Position numbers and translations under genes: made by a program. Below the pieces are notes generated by a model that searched no databases, was not told the DNA's origin, and worked only from the letters and a program-made list of their open reading frames with translations. From assembly GCA_964619725.1 (NCBI GenBank), contig CAZUFC010000093.1:1-34998 (forward strand): 34,998 nt of DNA, in the 5' to 3' direction. The number at the start of each line of letters is the position of its first letter. Position 1 is the first letter of the stretch. The stretch comes from an uncultured bacterium. Its GTDB lineage: Bacteria > CSSED10-310 > CAZUFC01. Below are positions 28,629 to 34,998 of the stretch, in pieces.

Positions 28629-29996
28629 GTGAGAATAACTTCGGGACGCAAAAGAGTAGTGATAATCGGTGGAATGGCGGCCGGATTGAATGCGGCATCA
28701 GCGCTTTCACCGCGTTCGGATGCGGAAGTAACGGTTATAGAAGGTTCGGGATTTTTCGGATATGGTATCTGTTCATTGCCGGATTACATTGCTGACAGAA
28801 TAGACGGTAAAATGATACTCCGAGGCCGAACGTCCCGAAGCTTCCGGGAAAGGTACGGAGTCACGGTTCTTTTAAGTCATCTGGCGACGGAAATAGATAC
28901 TTCACTGGGGCGAATTGAAGTGGAGAACCTGGAGACGGGTTCCCGGCGTTATTTATTTTATGACAGTCTGGTATTGGCGACGGGCGGCAGGATAAATACG
29001 CTGGGTCTGGAGCTGGCTGAATTGCCCGGCATTTTCGGGTTGCGTTCATTCGATGATGCGCAACGATTAAAGGAATGGATGCGGATAAACACTCCTCGCC
29101 GGGTGTTGATAATCGGGGCAAGTTTTCAGGGTATTGCCCTGGCGGAATCCTTTCACTCCCGCGGAATGAAAGTGATTCTGGCCGATGAATCGACCGCCGT
29201 CCCTTATAAAATGGGAAAAGATTTATCGGAGAAAATCACTCGAATACTGCAACAAAAGGGCATTGAAATAGCGCATGGTTTTCGTCCCGCCTCTTTTGAA
29301 CGCCCGGTTAATACTCGAAACATCAACGTCGAAGCGGAAGATGGACGAACGGTGACGTGCGATTTGGTTTTTCTCGCCCTGGGCTGCTCACCCAATACCG
29401 AATTAGCCGAAAATGCGGGATTGGAAATCGGAAGCGCCGGGGGAATTCGCGTCGACGAAAAAATGAAAACCTCAATTCACCGTGTCTATGCGGCAGGAGA
29501 TTGCGTAGAAATTAAAAATACAGTCACGGGAAAATCCTTCCTTCACTCCCATGCAGCGCCGGCGGTAAAACAGGGAAGAACAGCGGGTAAAAATATAGCA
29601 GGAGAATGGGCCGTCTTCAAAGGTTCCCCCGGTACATTCATGGGTAAAATATTTGATTATGAATATGCCGGAACGGGATTAACTCTCCAGAAAGCCCGGG
29701 AAGCAGGTTTTAAATCGGATCAGATTACGATAAGTTCAAAACTCCGCAGCTATCCAGGAAATGAAGGCGAAATACACGTCAACCTGGTCTTCGATAAAAC
29801 AGATCATCGTTTACTAGGCGTCAGAATACTGGGCGAACCCGGAACCGCCTCCAGAATCCACGGGCCAGTCGCAGCGCTGCATGCCCGCCTGAAACTCGAA
29901 GACATGGTTCAGATAGATTTCGGCTATAATCCAAAACTCTCTCTGCCCGCAGACCCCTTCAACGTAGCCGCTACAGCCGCCCTTCAATCGGATTGA
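28629..29996 (+). CDS. FAD-dependent pyridine nucleotide-disulfide oxidoreductase (CoA-disulfide reductase / NADH oxidase-like)
   Basis: VVIIGGMAAG, YGICSLP (single redox Cys), YDSLVLATG, VYAAGDC and a C-terminal dimerisation region. Probable start is GTG 28629. Confidence 0.85.
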   Translation: MRITSGRKRVVIIGGMAAGLNAASALSPRSDAEVTVIEGSGFFGYGICSLPDYIADRIDGKMILRGRTSRSFRERYGVTVLLSHLATEIDTSLGRIEVENLETGSRRYLFYDSLVLATGGRINTLGLELAELPGIFGLRSFDDAQRLKEWMRINTPRRVLIIGASFQGIALAESFHSRGMKVILADESTAVPYKMGKDLSEKITRILQQKGIEIAHGFRPASFERPVNTRNINVEAEDGRTVTCDLVFLALGCSPNTELAENAGLEIGSAGGIRVDEKMKTSIHRVYAAGDCVEIKNTVTGKSFLHSHAAPAVKQGRTAGKNIAGEWAVFKGSPGTFMGKIFDYEYAGTGLTLQKAREAGFKSDQITISSKLRSYPGNEGEIHVNLVFDKTDHRLLGVRILGEPGTASRIHGPVAALHARLKLEDMVQIDFGYNPKLSLPADPFNVAATAALQSD

Positions 29997-30578
29997 AACG
30001 CGGTCAAGGCAGGAATGCGTTTTTTTCATTTGCATTTAGTCCATCCGCTAAATTGCACGAAACGGCGCTAATTTACACGAACAAGAAGAGCGTCAGAAAA
30101 TTCTCACGCGCCGGCCGACTCCTGATTATCTTTTGAATTCCAGAAATCATTCTAAAATTACCAATCTCCTCAAACGTAATTCTCTTCTCTATTCGCGTGT
30201 TCCCGCGTTATTTCTCAGACAGTCGCCGATTACCACTTTTTGTGTGCTTTATTTTTAATGTATTCTCTGTCGGAAGTTCTATTTATTGCTTCATGATGAA
30301 AGCCAGTTCATAATAAGGCGGCAAATTGCTCACACGCTAGGCGCCGAATCAACCTCTGAAGGCCTCCCGGAATCACATGCCGCATATTTCCAGCTATGTT
30401 TTTTGCCAAAATTCCCAAAATTGCTTGATTTTGGTCGAGTAATCAATATAATTACTCGCGTGAAGGGCGCACGTTGCGTGAACCTTACGAAAGCGGATAC
30501 GGCGAACGACATATCAGACAGGTGAAGCCGTTGGTTAAAAAAGGTTAGAGAAGTGAAAAGAGAAACGAAACAGTTATA

Positions 30579-30920
30579 ATGAAGGCGTCAGTTATAAAAA
30601 TGAATTCAAAGGGACTTGTCATTGAGACGGCAACAATGATAGAGGATCGACGGGAGTACAGGCTGCATCTGAAATTGGGCAACCTGAGCAGCGTATTTGA
30701 GGTATGCGCGAACCGTCGATACATATACGGCGAGAGGTCGAAGGCCGACGGAGAGATCAGATTGAGTTACCGTTGCAGTTTGCAATTTTCAGATTTGAAT
30801 TCTGAGAAGCGCAAACTTCTGAAGCGATTTATTTCATTCCTTGATCTTCAAGGAGTAACTTATTCTGAGATAAGAGCTTCAATCGAATATATCGAAGGAG
30901 ATATTGCGGCGGGTTTTTGA
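30579..30920 (+). CDS. Small protein with a degenerate PilZ-like barrel
   Basis: MNSKGLVIET (DxSxxG-like) and YRCSLQFSDL..E....L..FI (PilZ C-terminal pattern); no RxxxR motif. Upstream TTGATT-16-TATAAT at about 30426-30453. Confidence 0.5.
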   Translation: MKASVIKMNSKGLVIETATMIEDRREYRLHLKLGNLSSVFEVCANRRYIYGERSKADGEIRLSYRCSLQFSDLNSEKRKLLKRFISFLDLQGVTYSEIRASIEYIEGDIAAGF

Positions 30921-31007
30921 AGTCGGCCCTTTTAATCGGCTGACACGGAGTCCGCCCTTCATGCTATTTTATTTTTTCGAGTTTTTTCGTATGGATTTTG
31001 CTTTCTT

Positions 31008-31460
31008 TCAGGCTTGAACCGTATGATCGGCCAGAAAAAACTTTTCCAATTCGAATTTGCCTGGTTCCATAAATTCGACATCGGTGACTTTGATTTCCAA
31101 CAGGGTAAAATTTTCATCATCAGCGGTTTTCCAATGGACCTTGAAAAAGGGAATTTTAGAGGCCAGCAATTTACGAGTTTCTTCATCTTCGATTATCTCG
31201 GCATTGCCTGCTCCCCTGACGTATCCCTTTTTTTCCGAAACATCCAGTTCCATACAGAACTCAACCTTCTGATTATTCTTAATTTGTCGGATTTTGGCCG
31301 ATGTAGAAAAAGTGGCCACCCAGAATCTTTCATTATAGTAAATCAGCATGACGGGTCTGACTTTGGGAAGATCATTTTCGCATGTAGCCAGAAAAACCAT
31401 CTGCATCCTTCCGAAGAACCCCCAAACTTTCCTTTTCAGTATTCTGGTTTTTTCATCCAT
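31008..31460 (-). CDS. Pyridoxamine 5'-phosphate oxidase-like FMN-binding protein (general stress protein 26-like)
   Basis: FLATC....P.VRPV, T...SAK..QI..N.KVE, VRG.G.A. Confidence 0.88.
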   Translation of the reverse strand: MDEKTRILKRKVWGFFGRMQMVFLATCENDLPKVRPVMLIYYNERFWVATFSTSAKIRQIKNNQKVEFCMELDVSEKKGYVRGAGNAEIIEDEETRKLLASKIPFFKVHWKTADDENFTLLEIKVTDVEFMEPGKFELEKFFLADHTVQA

Positions 31461-32040
31461 AGCAACATCCTTGAACCTAAAATTTTAATACATGTAGACA
31501 ACTAGCGGCGGTAAATGCCGTCTTCATATGACCGAATTTTTCAAGAAAATTTTGAGATTTTAGAAGGAAAAATACTGTCGTTGAAAAACAAATGTCGGAT
31601 AAACTCAAATGGACGCTCAATTTCGACAAGCTTTTTTCCACCCCCAATTTTCATACTATATTGATCCTTTTCTTAATGTCAACAGCAGCTCTCAGCAGCA
31701 TTACGCGTCAGACTTCTCAGGCTGAGACTCTCGATTTACCGCTTAAATTGGATCGCACGGCTCAACGGCGGGAATCGAGAATAACGGTGGGTCGGAGACG
31801 AAATCTCGAACCTGGAGTAGGCGGAAAAGGAGAAAAAAGTGCATAAAAGTTTGAAAACATTTATTCATCAACTCTTTATGCTTTATTAATAACAGCTTTC
31901 ATTTTCTTTCAGGAAGCCGCATCAAACGTTGGGGACAAAAAAATTCAAAATCATTTCGTTAAGAATTCAAAATGTTTCTGAATTCTCCTGTTGTTTCACT
32001 TTAAGGAAAATGATAAATTGATGGACAGAGGGCTGAAGCT

Positions 32041-32673
32041 TTGAAAAACGGGCCGGCGATTGAAATAAAATTCATCATGTTATTTCTGATAATCGATTTC
32101 ATTATCGTGGGAATAGCGGTATGGTTTCCGGGAACTGCGGCCATACCTCATTACCGTTTTCTGGAAAAACAATGGATAACGACCGTATCTCTCATCAAAC
32201 TCCTGATCGCATCCATCCTTTCGTTAGCCAGTTACGTCGTTCTTAAATTCAGTTCCAGCAAGCATGGAGGAGCTTTCTGGCTGATAGCCTCCCTGGGTTT
32301 ACTCTTCCTGGGAATAGACGAATGGTATTATTTGCGGGAAAGAGCCGCAGGATATCTGCAAAGACCCGATCTGATGGAACCTCTCATGGCCCTTATTTAT
32401 TTTATTATCGCGGTTCTTGTCATTATGACATTCTTTAAAAATCTCAAAGATTTCAAGGACGCTTTCATATTTATGGTAGGAGGCATTCTGCTTTTTGGCC
32501 TCAAAATTATCACGGGATTGGCCCACGTTTATGTGGGGGCGGTCATGGCTTACATTATCGGAGGTTCATTGAAAATATTCGGGGAAACTCTGATCATCGT
32601 CGGATTTCTCAACGGTCTGCTTTTGAATGTGCATTTTTGCATAGGTGATAAAGAGGAGAGCGGCGATACCTAA
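32041..32673 (+). CDS. Uncharacterised multi-pass membrane protein
   Basis: About six hydrophobic segments and a W......LFLGIDE.....E motif. TTG start is uncertain. Confidence 0.7.
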   Translation: MKNGPAIEIKFIMLFLIIDFIIVGIAVWFPGTAAIPHYRFLEKQWITTVSLIKLLIASILSLASYVVLKFSSSKHGGAFWLIASLGLLFLGIDEWYYLRERAAGYLQRPDLMEPLMALIYFIIAVLVIMTFFKNLKDFKDAFIFMVGGILLFGLKIITGLAHVYVGAVMAYIIGGSLKIFGETLIIVGFLNGLLLNVHFCIGDKEESGDT

Positions 32674-32859
32674 ACGCATTTTGGGACTGATCGAACAGGG
32701 GTAACCATTTTTGCGTATGTGTTCTTTTCTTATCACAGTCCGTAATTGCGAAGTCTTTGCAATGTTTTCCAAAAATCGGGGCCTTTTAACCATCGTCTGC
32801 ATTTTATATCGGAAATTTAATTCGATAATTTATTTTCAGGCATGCCTGGGTATTGCGAA

Positions 32860-34674
32860 TTAATACAACCTGTTTTCCGGCAACACGTAAAAGTCGCTGT
32901 AACGGATGCCCATTTTATGAATAATGACGTTTTCAAATCGTTTATGAACGAGCACGTTTACGGGACCTGTAAAAAGCAGGGTCATAGGTTGATGTCTTTG
33001 AAGTATCCGGTTGAACTCGTGGTACAAGGGGACGCGTTCATCGCGGTCGAAAATCTTGCGAGCCTTTTCCATTAGTTCATCCGCTCTTTCGTTTCTGAAT
33101 CCCGGAGCGTTTCCGGCCCTGGGCTTATCCTGTGAAGAATGCCAGGAATAATAAGGATCCGGCCAGGGACTACTCCCCCCGCGGTATAACGAAATGCTTT
33201 CGAAGCGCCTGTTGTAATAATCCTCAATAAATACCGACCACTCGAGAGGATTCAGCGTCATAGCGATTCCGTGTTTTTTCATTTCTTCCTGGATGAAGGT
33301 TCCCCAGCGAATATATTCGACTCGGCCGCTCGGTACCTTCAATTCGAACTTGAAAGCTTCGCCTTTCTTATCCAGAATTCCGTCGCCGTCGTTGTCGGTC
33401 CAGCCGGCCTCTCGGAGAAGCTTGTCGGCAGTGTCAGGAGCGAACGGCAAAGGTTCCAGATCGTGGCTGTATTCGGGGTAGGCGGTTTTAAAGACGCATG
33501 ATATCACCTGGCCCGAATTCCTGTGAAATTTTTCCAGCATGGTTTTGCGGTCAATCAGATGAGTCATGGCCCTGCGCACGCGAACGTCGTTGAAAGGGGA
33601 AATACGGCAATTCCAGCATATATAACTGTAACCGATTCCAGTGTGATCATACTGATAATAGTTGAATTTGTCGGTTATTGAGGGGTCTTTAGACAACTGG
33701 TCCTCCCATACGTCAATATCAACCACGTTAATGTCCAGCTTCTCCTTGCGCATCTCCTCCAGTTCGGTCACTTCATCCCGTATAAAACGCCAATGAATTT
33801 CATCCAGATTAAAAGCAAATTCCGTGCCTTCTCCCCAGTAATCAGGATTCCGGACCAGGATCAATCTTTCAGCAGTCTGCCACCCGTCTTCAGGAAACAT
33901 GAACGGACCTGTCCCTATCGGAGGATATCTGAGCTTATTAAAAATTTTACCGAATCCTTCTTCTCCGGGAATGACGGAATAATCTTCTATTCCCTTATCA
34001 GCAGCATATTTTCGTATCCTTTCCTCATAGTAATGGCGCGGAAGGACATAGAAATCATATCCGCAACGCAGGAGACCTCCGAAATATTTGTTGCGATAAT
34101 GAAATACAACCGTATGATCATCAATCTTCTCCACTCGATCCACATCCATCAGGTCCGCCTTGAGATGAGCGGAATCGACGCGAGGGTCCATTATAGTCTC
34201 AAAGGTAAAAACAACGTCATCGGCAGTAAAGGGCTCCCCGTCAGACCAGCGAATATTTTTCTTCAAAGTAAAAGTATAACTCAATTTATCTTCCGCGATG
34301 GAATAACTTGCCGCCAGTTTGGGTTTCAATTCGAAAGTATCCGGGTCCAGCGTTATCAAATTTTCAATAATATGCCGGCTAACACTGTTCACCACCGACT
34401 CATTAGATATCAAAGGATTCAAAGTGCTCGGTTCCTCCGACTGCATAACCAGCGTCCCACCCTGGGGAAAAATGTTTCGGTTGCCCGTTTCATCATAGTT
34501 TCTCTCATAAACGAAACCCCCGGGAATCCGATCCATGCGGCTCACTCGCTTCTCTAATTTCTCCAGCTTGTCGTAAAACTCAACCTGACGCTCATAAAAA
34601 CGCTCGTTCTGCACAAGAATCAAACCGGCAGTCAAAACCAGAACGATCAAAAGGACTAAAGTCAGATATTTCAT
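32860..34674 (-). CDS. ABC transporter peptide-binding protein (family 5, OppA/AppA-like)
   Basis: EPSTLNPL, P.LA.SY.I..D...YTF.L...I.WSDG.PFTADDV.FT, PIGTGPF, FND.RVRRAM. N-terminal membrane anchor; start ATG 34674. Confidence 0.93.
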   Translation of the reverse strand: MKYLTLVLLIVLVLTAGLILVQNERFYERQVEFYDKLEKLEKRVSRMDRIPGGFVYERNYDETGNRNIFPQGGTLVMQSEEPSTLNPLISNESVVNSVSRHIIENLITLDPDTFELKPKLAASYSIAEDKLSYTFTLKKNIRWSDGEPFTADDVVFTFETIMDPRVDSAHLKADLMDVDRVEKIDDHTVVFHYRNKYFGGLLRCGYDFYVLPRHYYEERIRKYAADKGIEDYSVIPGEEGFGKIFNKLRYPPIGTGPFMFPEDGWQTAERLILVRNPDYWGEGTEFAFNLDEIHWRFIRDEVTELEEMRKEKLDINVVDIDVWEDQLSKDPSITDKFNYYQYDHTGIGYSYICWNCRISPFNDVRVRRAMTHLIDRKTMLEKFHRNSGQVISCVFKTAYPEYSHDLEPLPFAPDTADKLLREAGWTDNDGDGILDKKGEAFKFELKVPSGRVEYIRWGTFIQEEMKKHGIAMTLNPLEWSVFIEDYYNRRFESISLYRGGSSPWPDPYYSWHSSQDKPRAGNAPGFRNERADELMEKARKIFDRDERVPLYHEFNRILQRHQPMTLLFTGPVNVLVHKRFENVIIHKMGIRYSDFYVLPENRLY

Positions 34675-34755
34675 AAGCAAACTTCCCAATCAGTTAAATT
34701 CCATATGCCGGAACAGGCCCAAAATCCGCTAAACCGGCAAAATCATCAACGCTAA

Positions 34756-34783
34756 AGTGTACTAAAGGTCGCTATGCTGTCAA
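34756..34783 (-). promoter_or_regulatory. Putative sigma70 promoter for the peptide-binding protein gene
   Basis: TTGACA-16 nt-TACACT on the minus strand. Confidence 0.55.
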
Positions 34784-34998
34784 GAAACCGGCAATAGAAT
34801 TAATAATCCGCGAAACTTCACGAATTTACGCGAAAAAGAGGGGAAATCGGAAAGCCAATCGCCGCCGTCAAACCTTTAGCTTTCAAAATCCATAGCTGAA
34901 CCGAGAAAAAAAAATAAAATAAATCGTTCAATGTGGTGAAAGGGCGTGTCCTTCCGGTAAGCATGCACAGGGCAAATTTTTTTCCACGGCAAGGCATG

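Noticed and set aside
34963-34998. GCACAGGGCAAA resembling the start of a c-di-GMP-I aptamer
   Set aside because: No GNRA-capped P2 or GCAAA junction follows, and the window ends.
1-34998. CRISPR arrays, tRNA/rRNA genes, IS elements or prophage genes
   Set aside because: No regularly spaced repeats, cloverleafs, transposase, integrase or phage motifs seen by eye.

Overview
Bacterial chromosomal window, apparently from a diderm lineage I cannot name from sequence alone. Housekeeping genes: secA, hrcA-grpE-dnaK-prmA-rsmE (no dnaJ), an M23 peptidase, an LpoA/LppC-like TPR lipoprotein, a stand-alone receiver domain, an ECF sigma factor with a CoA-disulfide-reductase/NADH-oxidase-like flavoprotein, a PNPOx-like protein and an ABC peptide-binding protein. 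Surface-protein genes: a 2889-aa secreted protein with four beta-helix modules and dockerin-like and cohesin-like C-terminal domains, followed by a second secreted cohesin-like gene missed by the ORF track; and a secreted Ig/choice-of-anchor-X protein downstream of two tandem c-di-GMP-I riboswitches. The most unusual items are (i) a ~260-nt minus-strand structured RNA between rsmE and the ECF gene, with its own promoter and terminator, a long rod, a pseudoknot and a buried 25-codon ORF; (ii) the tandem riboswitch leader, which contains a terminator, an SD-ATG-TAA start-stop element and a perfect anti-P1 strand; (iii) an 8-Cys insertion in SecA; and (iv) a recurring C-to-G skew switch at long intergenic regions. 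I saw no rRNA, tRNA, CRISPR array, transposase, integrase or reverse transcriptase. All domain calls come from motifs recognised by eye, and RNA structures were folded by hand.
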